From Candidatus Omnitrophota bacterium (GTDB lineage: Bacteria; Omnitrophota; Gorgyraeia; JABMRN01; RBG-13-46-9): DNA of 63,288 nt. The first letter of the stretch is position 1. Every line of letters begins with the position of its first letter. Where the stretch lies: positions 1-63,288 of the forward strand of contig JABMQJ010000013.1 of assembly GCA_013203315.1 (NCBI GenBank), given 5' to 3'. Of this stretch, positions 35,835-46,178 are shown piece by piece. The notes under the pieces are model-generated. The model saw nothing but the letters and a program-made list of their open reading frames with translations, was not told where the DNA came from and did no database searches. A program made the position numbers and the translations under genes.

Positions 35835-35954
35835 TTATTTGACTATGAATCTCTTTTCCAGAAGGCTAAGTTTCTTATCGACGAAGTGAATCTTCACCAG
35901 GGCAATAAGGAACAGGGCCATGTGCATTATGCTCTTGTAATGTTCTATATGCAT
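35835..35954 (-). CDS. Unannotated 39-aa small protein MHIEHYKSIMHMALFLIALVKIHFVDKKLSLLEKRFIVK
   Basis: GAGGAG 8 nt before ATG, overlaps the stop of the upstream gene, one hydrophobic stretch, terminator downstream. Confidence 0.55.
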   Translation of the reverse strand: MHIEHYKSIMHMALFLIALVKIHFVDKKLSLLEKRFIVK

Positions 35955-36322
35955 TTTGCTGACTCCTCATTTTTTATGTTTATTTTTATCGTGTGCACGA
36001 ACACGATGTTATATATAGATACATCTGCTACTATGTAGAAAGTTCCCCTCATCTTGCATATCAGTTTATCCTCTTTCTTTGCAGATGAGCATTTCCTCAA
36101 AATATGGAAGAACTTCTTGTCTTTTGCGCCATTCTTCTTCCTTATATGTATCCACTCCGCAAGTTCCTTTTTGGATTTTACTTTATGGATCTCGCGGACA
36201 AAATACATGGACCTTTTTTTCGTTGTGGAAATTATACCGTTTCGGTGGACAATTTCCTCAAGAGAGATGTCCCTTTTCTTAGAGGGAATAGCAGTTAAGT
36301 TCTTAAATATTAACTCTCTCAT
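35945..36322 (-). CDS. Basic hypothetical protein (125 aa)
   Basis: ORF with AAAGGA RBS and its own consensus promoter; no family recognised. Confidence 0.7.
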   Translation of the reverse strand: MRELIFKNLTAIPSKKRDISLEEIVHRNGIISTTKKRSMYFVREIHKVKSKKELAEWIHIRKKNGAKDKKFFHILRKCSSAKKEDKLICKMRGTFYIVADVSIYNIVFVHTIKINIKNEESAKCI

Positions 36323-36431
36323 CTTGTCCGTCCTTTCAGGACTTATTAAAGCTTTTTAATTAGTGCAATTAAAAAATGCCCCTTAATTCTACGCAGACTA
36401 CAGGGCTCGTTTAACGTCTCATTCAACCATT

Positions 36432-36460
36432 AGTATACCTGACTACTTTAATGGTGTCAA
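36432..36460 (-). promoter_or_regulatory. Near-consensus sigma70 promoter
   Basis: TTGACA-17 nt-TATACT; overlapped by inverted repeat CCATTA-N16-TAATGG (36427-36454). Confidence 0.8.
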
Positions 36461-36503
36461 GAGCAGGCATCTAGCTTTTTTATAACCTAACATTAGGCCC
36501 TTT

Positions 36504-37115
36504 TTAAATCAACCTTTTTTCTTCCCCTCTTAAAAGGCGCTTGATATTCGCTTTATGTTTATAGACGCTCGCCAGGCAAAGGATAACACAAAATATAACA
36601 AAATAAAAGGACCTGTAAAAAATAACTGCAAATATCGGTAATGAGAGAGACGCGATTATGGATGCGATCGAGACTATCCGGAATACGGCAAAAACTATGA
36701 TCCAAATCGCAAGGCACGCGAGAAGTGTACCGGGCGCTAAGGCTATCAAAACACCTCCCGTAGTAGCTATGCCCTTCCCACCCTTGAACCTTAAAAACAC
36801 GCTGAAAACGTGTCCGGCAATCGCGCACATGCCTAATAAAATTTTGTAGAACTCGAGACCGAGAATTACCCCTGTCCAGTTGCTTAAAAAAACCTCAGAG
36901 AGTAGCGATACTGCCACAACCCCTTTGGCTACATCAATAAGAAGCACGATGATGCCGGGAATTTTTCCTACCGTACGAAAGACATTCGTGGCTCCGACAT
37001 TGCCGCTTCCGTGTTCGCGTATGTCGATTTTTTTTAAGGCCTTAGCGAATATATAGCTCGTAGGTATTGAGCCGATAAGATAAGCAAGCGTTAAAGATAT
37101 TATTAGGCTTATCAT
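36504..37115 (-). CDS. plsY: Glycerol-3-phosphate acyltransferase PlsY
   Basis: YLIGSIP, DIREHGSGNVGATN, DVAKG, GHVFSVFLRFKGGKGIAT, HKANIKRL. Confidence 0.96.
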   Translation of the reverse strand: MISLIISLTLAYLIGSIPTSYIFAKALKKIDIREHGSGNVGATNVFRTVGKIPGIIVLLIDVAKGVVAVSLLSEVFLSNWTGVILGLEFYKILLGMCAIAGHVFSVFLRFKGGKGIATTGGVLIALAPGTLLACLAIWIIVFAVFRIVSIASIIASLSLPIFAVIFYRSFYFVIFCVILCLASVYKHKANIKRLLRGEEKRLI

Positions 37116-38461
37116 CTTGTCTTTCCTTTCTTGGGCCTCTTCCTATAAAATAATTTTATCGGCACTCCTTTAAGCGGAAAATTTTCTCTTAGTCTATTTT
37201 CGATAAATGAACTATGGGCGCCGGTTACCGCATGCGGGTCACTGACAAAGATTGCAAATTCTTTTGGGAACATTCCGGCCTGCGCCATGTGAAAAAATCT
37301 GGGTGGCCTCCTCCGGCGGGGTATTCTGACCTCCTCAGGGCTTATCTCTTTTAAGAAATCGTTAAGCGCGTCTTTATCTATGGAAAGATCGAGATTCGTT
37401 TTTATTGCATTTACGAGATTGAAGGCGATTGATACGTTTCTGCCGGTTTTTGCCGAGATAAACGCAACCGGAAAATTTCTCGCTTGCGGCATCTTTTTCA
37501 AAATGGCGCCGGCGTATCTGGAGGTTTCTATGCCCTTTACAAGGTCCCACTTGTTTACGACTATGGCGCAACCCTTGCCTGTTTCTACGATGTAGTCAAA
37601 AATCTTTGTATCATCGCTTGTAACCCCTTCCATCCCGTCAATCAAAAGAAGCGCCACGTCAGAATGGTCTATCGAGGATCTCGCCCGCATCATGCTATAA
37701 ATGTCTACGGCAGTTTTTACTTTTTTTTTGTGCCTCAAGCCTGCCGTATCAATAAGTAAAAAATTGATCCCGTCTTTTTTTAAATAAGTATCTATCGAGT
37801 CCCTTGTAGTACCGGGTTTTTCGTGTACGATAACCCTTTCTTCATCCAGGACCCTATTTAAGAATGAAGATTTACCGACGTTGGGCCTTCCGACGATGGC
37901 AACTTTTATCGGTTGATCTTCAGGAGTCTCGGATTCCGAATGCTCCGGAATAAGACGGGCAATTTCTTCCGTGAGATCATTTATGCCCCGATTATGCAGA
38001 CAGGAAATACCGAAAGGCTCACCCAAACCAAGCTCGTAAAACTCCGGGAGGCTTTCTTTCTTTTTTTCATTATCTATTTTATTTACGACAAGTACTATTT
38101 TTTTGCCGGATTTGCGAATAAAGCGTACCATGTCGAGATCAAGCGGCGAGGGCCCGGATTCTGAGTCACAGACAAATAAGAGAAGGTCCGAGCGCATGAT
38201 AGCCTTCTTTATCTGCATTTTCATAAGGGCCTCGATTCTATCTTTTTCGCTGCGCAAGAAATCATTCGAGAAGAACCCGCCGGTATCTACAAGGATCAGA
38301 TTTTTGCCTTTAAACTTCACGTGTTTTTCGATTCTATCCCGCGTCGTGCCCTCTCTTTCCTCAACTACGGCGTGCCTTTTTTTCACAATCCTGTTAAAGA
38401 GGCTTGATTTGCCGACATTGGGCCTTCCGACTATGGATACGATAGGTATGGATGCTGCCAT
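37112..38461 (-). CDS. der: Ribosome biogenesis GTPase Der (EngA)
   Basis: Two G domains, each with GRPNVGKS, GTTRD, DTxG and NKxD; C-terminal KH-like domain. Confidence 0.96.
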   Translation of the reverse strand: MAASIPIVSIVGRPNVGKSSLFNRIVKKRHAVVEEREGTTRDRIEKHVKFKGKNLILVDTGGFFSNDFLRSEKDRIEALMKMQIKKAIMRSDLLLFVCDSESGPSPLDLDMVRFIRKSGKKIVLVVNKIDNEKKKESLPEFYELGLGEPFGISCLHNRGINDLTEEIARLIPEHSESETPEDQPIKVAIVGRPNVGKSSFLNRVLDEERVIVHEKPGTTRDSIDTYLKKDGINFLLIDTAGLRHKKKVKTAVDIYSMMRARSSIDHSDVALLLIDGMEGVTSDDTKIFDYIVETGKGCAIVVNKWDLVKGIETSRYAGAILKKMPQARNFPVAFISAKTGRNVSIAFNLVNAIKTNLDLSIDKDALNDFLKEISPEEVRIPRRRRPPRFFHMAQAGMFPKEFAIFVSDPHAVTGAHSSFIENRLRENFPLKGVPIKLFYRKRPKKGKTR

Positions 38462-38462
38462 A

Positions 38463-38996
38463 TTATTTCTCGTTAAGTAGTTTGCTTCCCTTTACAATAT
38501 AATCTATCCCGGAAACAATAGTAAAACACACGGTAATGTTCCATAATAAAGGTGATACAGCAGCTGACCCCAGAAGAATACTTATCACGGTCGCCATCTG
38601 CAAAAATGTCGTAATTTTGCTGATTATCGTGGGCACTATATTAAGCTTGCCTTTTGTGTGATGAATAAGAATCGCTCCGAGAACAATAATGGCGTCGCGT
38701 GAGATTATTATAATAGGTACATAGATCGGCGGTTTTAGGGTGAGCGGGAGCGCCTTTGATACGCTTAAACATATGAACGCGCTTAAAATAAGAAGTTTAT
38801 CAGCTATCGGGTCTAAAATCTTACCCAGTTCCGTTCTTTGTTTTAATGCCCTGGCGATATAACCGTCTATGGCATCGGTCAGCGCCGCGATCATGAAAAT
38901 AAGAAGTGCCAACTCCCATTTTGAATAAAGAACAAACGCTATGAAAAGCGGAATTAGGAGAATCCTTAAAATAGTAATTTTGTTGGCAAAATTCAT
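38463..38996 (-). CDS. pgsA: CDP-diacylglycerol--glycerol-3-phosphate phosphatidyltransferase family
   Basis: ANKITILR, TDAIDGYIARALKQRTELGKILDPIADK CDP-alcohol phosphotransferase motif. Confidence 0.88.
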   Translation of the reverse strand: MNFANKITILRILLIPLFIAFVLYSKWELALLIFMIAALTDAIDGYIARALKQRTELGKILDPIADKLLILSAFICLSVSKALPLTLKPPIYVPIIIISRDAIIVLGAILIHHTKGKLNIVPTIISKITTFLQMATVISILLGSAAVSPLLWNITVCFTIVSGIDYIVKGSKLLNEK

Positions 38997-39012
38997 CCGG
39001 TTTACCTACTTT

Positions 39013-39600
39013 TTATTTAACAAGCCTTATCCGCGGAATCGGCCAGTGTATAAGGAAGACCTTACCCGCTATGTTTTTTGACGGGACAAACCCCCAATAA
39101 CGCGAATCTACCGAATTTAAGCTATTATCCCCCAGCGCAAAGTAGTGGCCCTCGGGCACTTTTATAGGCTTTTCCGCGCGGCCGTATTCGCCCCTATTAT
39201 AATAGGTTATGCTTTTTATGCTGAGCGGCTCTTCGAGCGGCTTTCCGTTTATCCATATGTGCTGCCCCTTGATCTCGACGGTATCGCCGGGTTCTCCGAC
39301 CAACCTCTTTACCAGGAATTTATTCGGCTCTACGGGTGAACGGAATACTATAATATCCCCGCGCTCGGGTTTCCTTACTTTCGGAAGCCTTATGTTAGTA
39401 AGCGGAATTTTCGCCCCGTAGATAAATTTCGTCACGAATATCCTGTCACCCGGTTTAAAAGTCGGAACCATGGATGAAGTTGGTATCTTAAAAGGTTGCG
39501 CGATAAAAGTCCTGATTATAAGTGCGATTATGAGGGCGTATAAAACCGGCTTCACCCACTCGTCACGCCAGTATTGCCATTTTTTGTATTTTGACGTCAT
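39013..39600 (-). CDS. lepB: Signal peptidase I
   Basis: IPTSSMVPT (Ser), LVKRLVG (Lys), GDNSLNSVDSRYWG. Confidence 0.95.
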   Translation of the reverse strand: MTSKYKKWQYWRDEWVKPVLYALIIALIIRTFIAQPFKIPTSSMVPTFKPGDRIFVTKFIYGAKIPLTNIRLPKVRKPERGDIIVFRSPVEPNKFLVKRLVGEPGDTVEIKGQHIWINGKPLEEPLSIKSITYYNRGEYGRAEKPIKVPEGHYFALGDNSLNSVDSRYWGFVPSKNIAGKVFLIHWPIPRIRLVK

Positions 39601-39613
39601 GATGCTCCTTTTT

Positions 39614-41407
39614 TTATGTTTTTAGCGCAGCGAAAAACGCTTCCTGCGGAATCTGCACCCTTCCGAACTGCTTCATACGTTTTTTACCGGCCTTTTGTTT
39701 TTCCCAGAGTTTTCTTTTGCGCGTTATGTCACCACCGTAACACTTGCTCGTAACATTTTTGCCGAGAGAACCCACGTCTTCCCTGGCTATTACGTTATTC
39801 CCGATGGCGGCCTGGATAGCAATTTTAAAAAGATGCTTGGGTATTGTCTCTTTAAGTTTTTTGACAAGGGCCCTTCCTTTCATATATGCCTTCTCCTTGT
39901 TTACAAGAGATGAAAGCGCGTCCATAGGGTCGCCGTTTATAAGAATATCAAGTTTTACTATTTCAGCGGGCCTGTAATCTATCATTTCATAATCAAGGGA
40001 ACCGTACCCTTTCGTAAGTGATTTTATTTTGTCGTAAAAATCTGTGATAACCTCGGCTATTGGCATCTCATAAACAAGCCGCACCCTATCTTCATCGAGG
40101 AATTCGGTACTTTTGTAAACGGCGCGCTTGGATTCGGCCAGCTTCATCACGTCGCCTATGGAGTCTTTCGGGAGCAGGATAAAGACTTGAGCGTAGGGCT
40201 CTTCCACAGCGGCAATTGATTCAGGTGGCGGGAATTTAGTCGGGTTATCCACATTCATCAATTCATTTTCTTTGGTCAAAATCTTGTAGACAATGCTCGG
40301 GGTCGTAATTACAAGGTTTAGGTTATACTCTCTTTCGAGACGCTCCTGTATGATTTCTATGTGCAATAGCCCCAGGAAACCGCATCGAAATCCCATTCCG
40401 AGAGCCGTCGAAAACTCAGGCTCGAACACAAAAGAAGCGTCGGACAGTTTCATTTTCGCTATCGCGTCTTTAAGCACGGGGAAATCTTTCGGGGTGATCG
40501 GGTATATCCCGCAATACACCATCGGGTTTACCTTCCTGTATCCGGGGAGGGCGGTAGCGGCCGGGTTTTCCTTATCCGTCACCGTGTCCCCGATCACAAC
40601 CTCGCCCGCGTCTCTTATATTGCACGCCAGGTATCCTACCTCGCCGCAGACAAGCTCGTCGATTTCGGTAGGCTTAGGTTTGAATATGCCCGCTTCCTTT
40701 ATCTCGTAAATCTTGCCGGTATTCATTGTTTTTATATGCGTACCTTTTCTTACGATACCGTTTACTACCCTCACAAAAAGAACAGCGCCCTTATAGGTAT
40801 CGAACCTGGAATCAAATATAAGCGCCTGCAATGGATTTGAAGGGTCGCCTTCCGGAGGCGGAATTTTTTTCACGATTGCTTCGAGAACCTCCTCAGTGCC
40901 GATACCTTCTTTCGCGCTGGCAAGTATGATCTCTTCTTTTTTTAAACCGAGGATATGCGTTATCTGCTTTTTAACCCTTTCGGTATCGGCGTTCTGTAAA
41001 TCTATTTTATTTATAACAGGAATAATATGCAAATTGTGTTCCAGCGCCAGATATAGATTGGCAACAGTCTGCGCTTCCACGCCCTGGGATGCATCCACCA
41101 AGAGTAGCGCCCCTTCACAGGCGCCGATAGATTTTGAAACCTCATACGTAAAATCCACATGGCCCGGTGTATCTATTAAATTAAGGCAGTAGGTCTTTCC
41201 GTCTTTGGCCTTGTAATCGATTTTGATGGCGCTTGCTTTAATAGTTATTCCCCGTTCCCGTTCGAGGTCCATGTCGTCTAAAAGCTGGTCGCGGAATTCC
41301 CTATGGGAAATGGATTTGGTAAACTCAATTATCCTGTCGGCGAGCGTGGATTTCCCGTGGTCTATGTGAGCGATTATCGAAAAATTTCTGATTAAGCTTT
41401 TACTCAT
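39614..41407 (-). CDS. lepA: Elongation factor 4
   Basis: [37 protein letters not shown]. Confidence 0.98.
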   Translation of the reverse strand: MSKSLIRNFSIIAHIDHGKSTLADRIIEFTKSISHREFRDQLLDDMDLERERGITIKASAIKIDYKAKDGKTYCLNLIDTPGHVDFTYEVSKSIGACEGALLLVDASQGVEAQTVANLYLALEHNLHIIPVINKIDLQNADTERVKKQITHILGLKKEEIILASAKEGIGTEEVLEAIVKKIPPPEGDPSNPLQALIFDSRFDTYKGAVLFVRVVNGIVRKGTHIKTMNTGKIYEIKEAGIFKPKPTEIDELVCGEVGYLACNIRDAGEVVIGDTVTDKENPAATALPGYRKVNPMVYCGIYPITPKDFPVLKDAIAKMKLSDASFVFEPEFSTALGMGFRCGFLGLLHIEIIQERLEREYNLNLVITTPSIVYKILTKENELMNVDNPTKFPPPESIAAVEEPYAQVFILLPKDSIGDVMKLAESKRAVYKSTEFLDEDRVRLVYEMPIAEVITDFYDKIKSLTKGYGSLDYEMIDYRPAEIVKLDILINGDPMDALSSLVNKEKAYMKGRALVKKLKETIPKHLFKIAIQAAIGNNVIAREDVGSLGKNVTSKCYGGDITRKRKLWEKQKAGKKRMKQFGRVQIPQEAFFAALKT

Positions 41408-41409
41408 AT

Positions 41410-41964
41410 TTAAAAATCAAGCGCCTCCCACCAGGCTTTTTCGGGGGTAAATTTCCATATCTTCTCAAGGTCCATGTTCTTGCAGTAACATTTAATTATA
41501 GAAAGAATTATGTCGTGGGATACGATACAAATATTTTCACCCTTCCGCTTATCGGTTATTTTATGCACGGCACTTATCGCCCTGTCGCAGGCGTCTTTTA
41601 AGGATTCGCCCTGCGGCGGCGAGAGCGAGGTAGGCGATGTTTTCCAGTTGTTATATTGCTTTTTATAACGCTTCTTTACGTCCTTTAAAAGAAGGCCCTG
41701 CCAGACACCGTGGTTTAGCTCCGAGAATTCAAGCGCTTTTTTAACTTTCAGCTTATGGGGCGCCGCTATCTCGCCGGCCGTGGATAAACTGCAGGCAACC
41801 GGGCTTGAATAAAGGGCGCCGATTTTGAATTTCGCAAGCTCGCCCGATAATTCTTGAGCCTCAATCTTCCCCTCTTCGTTTAAGGGAATATCAAGCGCGC
41901 CCTGGACGCGTTTTTCCTTACTCCAATTCGTCTGGCCGTGCCTGACAAGTATAAGTTTTGCCAT
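41410..41964 (-). CDS. Histidine phosphatase family protein (partly degenerate active site)
   Basis: LVRHGQT, PLNEEG, SSP, GES, VSH; the conserved Arg after SSP is absent. Confidence 0.8.
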   Translation of the reverse strand: MAKLILVRHGQTNWSKEKRVQGALDIPLNEEGKIEAQELSGELAKFKIGALYSSPVACSLSTAGEIAAPHKLKVKKALEFSELNHGVWQGLLLKDVKKRYKKQYNNWKTSPTSLSPPQGESLKDACDRAISAVHKITDKRKGENICIVSHDIILSIIKCYCKNMDLEKIWKFTPEKAWWEALDF

Positions 41965-41972
41965 AGTTATTC

Positions 41973-43418
41973 TTATATGCTTAGCGCGAAACGTTTACCG
42001 AATTCCAAAAGCGCTATCGCCTCTTTTTCGCTGTGCCCTTCCGAATATACGCGTAGTTTCGGCTCGGTGCCGGACGGCCGGAGCATAACCCAGCTGCCGT
42101 CGGAACGTATAAACTTAACGCCGTCGAAACTTTTCACGCTCACTACATCTTTGCCAAGCACTTTTTTAAACGGTTTTTTGTGTAATATCGATAAAAGTTT
42201 CTTCTTCTTATCAACTGAGTAACGCACGTCAAAACGCTTGTATACGTATACGCCGTACGTTTTATTTATATCATCTATTATTTTCTTCAGGCTCTTCTTG
42301 CGCTGGGCGACCATCTCTAGAATAAGCAGTCCCGAAAGCATGCTATCTCTCTCAGGCATCCAGCCTTTAAACGCGACACCACCTGTTTCTTCGCCGCCTA
42401 CCAATACATCCTCTTTATTGTAGATTTCGGCTATGTATTTGAAGCCGACGGCTGTTTCATAGGTTTTTAGGCCGTAATTTCTGGCTATCTTATCTATCAA
42501 GCCCGTCCCGCAGATAGTCTGAACAACGCCTCCGGTTTCATTCCTGCCCTCCAGGAGGTGAAGTAGAAGTAGTGTCATGACCTTGTGCCCGCTTAAAATC
42601 TTACCGTTCGATAGAACTACACCCAACCTGTCAGCATCGCCATCTGTAACTAACGCGAGATCAAAGTGACCTTTCTTCAGGATCTTGGCCGTACTTGCCA
42701 TGTGCTTTTCGTTTGGCTCAGGCGGCCTGCCGCCAAACAACGCGTCTCTTTCGCCGTTAATGGTAGTGACCTTATTATTTGTGTTTCTTAAGAGCCATTC
42801 GATGTATCTTGCCCCCGTTCCGTTCATGCTGTCCACAAGGATCTTAAGGCCCGCCTTTCTTAGAAGCTTCATATCTGCGTATTTTTCCACGGCCTTAAGG
42901 TGCGGCGAAACAATGTCTTCTAATTTTATAAGGCCTTTTTTTATCGCAGCCGCTCTATCGAGAAATTGCACTTTTGATTTATATAGCCGCGATTCGATCG
43001 CGTCGGTTACTTTTTTACCCGCAGAACCACCGAAATACCCTTTGTATTTTATACCGTTATAGCGGGACGGATTGTGGCTTGCGGTGATCATTATGCCGCC
43101 GATAAAATTCTTGCGTCTTATGGCATAGCTCACCGAAGGCGTGGGCGAGTCCTTGTCGCCAAGAATCGTTTTTATCCCGTTTGCCGCAAACACGCACGAG
43201 ACGAGTTCGGCGTACTTCTCGGACAAAAAGCGCGTATCGTACCCTACTACCAGCGCATATTTTTTGCCGTAAAGTTCTGATTTTTTATTTTTTGTTTTTA
43301 CTTTTTGCTTTTTTATATAATCTGCCACTGCCTGCGCTACGATTTCGACATTTTCAAAAGTAAAGTCTTCGCTTATAACCGCGCGCCATCCATCTGTTCC
43401 GAATTTAATTCTACCCAT
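41973..43418 (-). CDS. Phosphoglucomutase/phosphomannomutase
   Basis: FGTDGWRA, ITASHNP, DGDADR, GGEETGG, RPSGTEPKLRVY. Confidence 0.93.
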   Translation of the reverse strand: MGRIKFGTDGWRAVISEDFTFENVEIVAQAVADYIKKQKVKTKNKKSELYGKKYALVVGYDTRFLSEKYAELVSCVFAANGIKTILGDKDSPTPSVSYAIRRKNFIGGIMITASHNPSRYNGIKYKGYFGGSAGKKVTDAIESRLYKSKVQFLDRAAAIKKGLIKLEDIVSPHLKAVEKYADMKLLRKAGLKILVDSMNGTGARYIEWLLRNTNNKVTTINGERDALFGGRPPEPNEKHMASTAKILKKGHFDLALVTDGDADRLGVVLSNGKILSGHKVMTLLLLHLLEGRNETGGVVQTICGTGLIDKIARNYGLKTYETAVGFKYIAEIYNKEDVLVGGEETGGVAFKGWMPERDSMLSGLLILEMVAQRKKSLKKIIDDINKTYGVYVYKRFDVRYSVDKKKKLLSILHKKPFKKVLGKDVVSVKSFDGVKFIRSDGSWVMLRPSGTEPKLRVYSEGHSEKEAIALLEFGKRFALSI

Positions 43419-43440
43419 TTTATCCTACTGCCTCCTCTGC

Positions 43441-44493
43441 TTATTTCCTCTGTGCCATCATTGAATATACCCTTGTAACATCTTCAATCGTAACTATTCC
43501 TATTATTTTACCGCCTCGTATAACCGGCAGTGCTTTTATGCTGTTTTCCTGCATTATGTTCTGCGCTTTATCGAGAGAATCTGATTCCCGCAAAACGGGA
43601 ATGTCCTTTCTCATGATGCTGGAAATCTCGGCCGAGGTACCGTGCTGGTGTATTCCGTTTATAATATCGTGACGCGTGACAAAACCTAACATTTTACCGT
43701 CTTCGGTAATCGCGAAATCCTCCTGGTGCGAGTGAAATACGAGCTCCAGGACCTTTGCCAGCGTAGCATCCTTGCCTAACGTAAGAAACTGATGTGATAT
43801 TATATCTTTTATGCTGAATCTTTTTAATGTTTCTCTTATATCGACCTGCAATTCCTCGGACGAGGCAGCCATGTAAATGAAAACAGCTATGACAATAAGT
43901 ATAATGTGCCCGTGAACGAGCCCTATATACCCGAAAATAAGCGCGAATATATGGCCGAAATTAACGGCGATCCTGGTGGCTTTTTGATAACCCATTTTTT
44001 GCGCCAAAAGCGCGCGCAAAAGTCTTCCGCCGTCCATGGGAAATGCCGGGATCAAATTAAATACCGCAAGTATCAGATTAATCCAGTAAATATGCGCGAT
44101 TACGTGCGGAAAGCTCTTCACTGAAAGCGGGTGGAACAAAACTTGTTTCCCCAATAGCGCATATAAGGGTAGGAAAAATATTACTACGATAGCTATGTTC
44201 AGCGCTGGCCCCGCAAGCGATATTAAAAATTCCTGATAGGGTTTGTCCGGCATTTTTGTCATGGAGGCAACGCCGCCTATCGGAAGGAGGGTGATCTCTT
44301 TAACTTGTATCCCGAATTTTTTCGCGACCAGGCTGTGCGCAAGCTCATGTAGCGTAACAAAAAAGAAAATAGCGATGATGAGAAAAAGCCATCTGAAGCC
44401 CATCGTAGCAAAAAGAAGAAGCAGAAGCAGAAATGTCACGTGGATGTTGATCGATATGCCCGCAACTTTAAATAATTTTATCGCGCCCTTCAT
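43441..44493 (-). CDS. Site-2 protease (M50) with tandem CBS domains
   Basis: HELAH, LAGP, NLIPAFPMDGGR, C-terminal CBS pair. Confidence 0.93.
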   Translation of the reverse strand: MKGAIKLFKVAGISINIHVTFLLLLLLFATMGFRWLFLIIAIFFFVTLHELAHSLVAKKFGIQVKEITLLPIGGVASMTKMPDKPYQEFLISLAGPALNIAIVVIFFLPLYALLGKQVLFHPLSVKSFPHVIAHIYWINLILAVFNLIPAFPMDGGRLLRALLAQKMGYQKATRIAVNFGHIFALIFGYIGLVHGHIILIVIAVFIYMAASSEELQVDIRETLKRFSIKDIISHQFLTLGKDATLAKVLELVFHSHQEDFAITEDGKMLGFVTRHDIINGIHQHGTSAEISSIMRKDIPVLRESDSLDKAQNIMQENSIKALPVIRGGKIIGIVTIEDVTRVYSMMAQRK

Positions 44494-45758
44494 ATTTTAA
44501 GCACCTTTTGTAGCTTTGCTTTGATGCTAGCGGACGCAGGGCCGATTGTAGAGAAATTTAAGTTTTTATTATCGAAAATGATGTTTGCGGTCTTTTTTAT
44601 ATCCTGGACACTTACTTTTTCTATGTTTCTGGCTATTTCGCTGACGGTCAGCGCCTTGCCTTCCGACATTATGGCCTCACCCAGCCATAGCATTCGCGAA
44701 CCCGTATCCTCAAGGCCCAAAAGAAGCTGGCCCCTTGCGTATTCTTTTGCGCGGAATAACTCATCGGCTGTAACGAAATTTCTTTTCATGTCCTGAAGCT
44801 CGCGAACGATTTCCTTGGTCGCTTCCAGGAGCTTGTTGTTATCGACACCTGAGTGTATGACAACGGCCCCGGTTTCTTTATACCGCCTTACGCCGGAGGA
44901 AACGTCGTAACACAGGGCCTTTTTCTCTCTTAGTCTCTCGAAAAGCCGCGAGGACATGTTGCCACCCAGGATTATGTTTAAAAGCGTTAGGGCATATTTT
45001 AGTTTATGCGTTCGGTTGAAACTGTGAAATCCTAAAGCAAGCTGCGTTTGCTTGGTACTTTTATGAAAAACCTTAATCTGCGAGGCTTTATGGCTTTTCT
45101 TGGCAAGTTCAAGCGGGAAACTTCTTTTTTTAGACGGTGTGGAAAATATATTTCTTACGAGCGACCGGCATTTTTCTCTGTTTAGCTTGCCCGCGACTAC
45201 GATAGACATGTTTGCCGGCTGGTAATATTGATTCATGTAATCAACAAGATCGCTTCTTTTAAAACTTTTTACGGTATTGATATATCCGGCTATGGGGCGG
45301 CCAAGGGCGTGATTCGGCCACATCGCTTCGGACAAAATATCGAAAACATGGTGAGCAGGCTGGTCCTGGTACATTTTTATCTCTTCACAAATGACGTATT
45401 TTTCTTTTTCAAGCTCTGTGGAATCAAGTTTTGGGTAGAGCACCATGTCGCTTAGTATCTCAAGCCCGAGCTTCATGTAGTGAGACGGTAATTTTACAAG
45501 ATAGCAGGTTAACTCTTCTGATGTAAAGCCGTTAAAGCTGCCTCCGACGCCTTCTATGGCCTCTTTCAGCATGCTGGCTGTCCTCGAAGTCGTGCCCTTG
45601 AAAAGCATATGCTCTATCAAGTGGCTCATGCCTGATGTGCGCTTTCCTTCATATCGGCCGCCGGTGCCGATCCATACGCCGATCGAAACCGACTCCATGT
45701 GAGGCATGTGTGAGGTGATTACTTTTAACCCGTTCTTTAGTGTTACCCTTTTATACAT
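44490..45758 (-). CDS. M16 family zinc peptidase (PqqL/MPP-like)
   Basis: GMSHLIEHMLFKGT (HxxEH), EEIKMY, GGNMSSRLF. Confidence 0.92.
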   Translation of the reverse strand: MYKRVTLKNGLKVITSHMPHMESVSIGVWIGTGGRYEGKRTSGMSHLIEHMLFKGTTSRTASMLKEAIEGVGGSFNGFTSEELTCYLVKLPSHYMKLGLEILSDMVLYPKLDSTELEKEKYVICEEIKMYQDQPAHHVFDILSEAMWPNHALGRPIAGYINTVKSFKRSDLVDYMNQYYQPANMSIVVAGKLNREKCRSLVRNIFSTPSKKRSFPLELAKKSHKASQIKVFHKSTKQTQLALGFHSFNRTHKLKYALTLLNIILGGNMSSRLFERLREKKALCYDVSSGVRRYKETGAVVIHSGVDNNKLLEATKEIVRELQDMKRNFVTADELFRAKEYARGQLLLGLEDTGSRMLWLGEAIMSEGKALTVSEIARNIEKVSVQDIKKTANIIFDNKNLNFSTIGPASASIKAKLQKVLKI

Positions 45759-45764
45759 AGTGTG

Positions 45765-46175
45765 TTAGCCCTTCTGTGCGTTTAAATAACTTTGCAGTAT
45801 GACTTGAGCTGCAAGTTTGTCTATTTTCTTTTTTCTTTTACTTCTTGAGGCGCCACCGAAGATCATGACGCGCTCCACTTCCATTGTGCTTAAGCGCTCA
45901 TCCCACATTTTTATCGGCACGTTCAGCTTTTCTTTTAACGTATCCGCGAAAGTTGCTGCCGCCTCAGCCTGCGGGCCGGAGGAACCGTTCATGTTTAGGG
46001 GAAGCCCCACGACGATTTCTGTTACTTCCTTTTCCTTTACTATATCCTCGAGGCGCTGATAGAGGTCGACCTTGGCTATTTCAATCGTAAAAAGCCCCTG
46101 CGCGGTAATGCCGAGCGGGTCGCTTAGCGCCACACCTATCCTTTTGGATCCAATATCGAGGCCTAATATTCTCAT
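45765..46175 (-). CDS. ruvX: YqgF/RuvX pre-16S rRNA nuclease / putative resolvase
   Basis: LGLDIGSKRIGVALSD, VVGLP, DERLST, DKLAAQVILQSYL. Confidence 0.95.
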   Translation of the reverse strand: MRILGLDIGSKRIGVALSDPLGITAQGLFTIEIAKVDLYQRLEDIVKEKEVTEIVVGLPLNMNGSSGPQAEAAATFADTLKEKLNVPIKMWDERLSTMEVERVMIFGGASRSKRKKKIDKLAAQVILQSYLNAQKG

Positions 46176-46178
46176 TTA

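Noticed and set aside
19870-36503. Prophage, ICE or transposon identity for the inserted block
   Set aside because: No integrase, transposase, phage genes or terminal att/direct repeats seen
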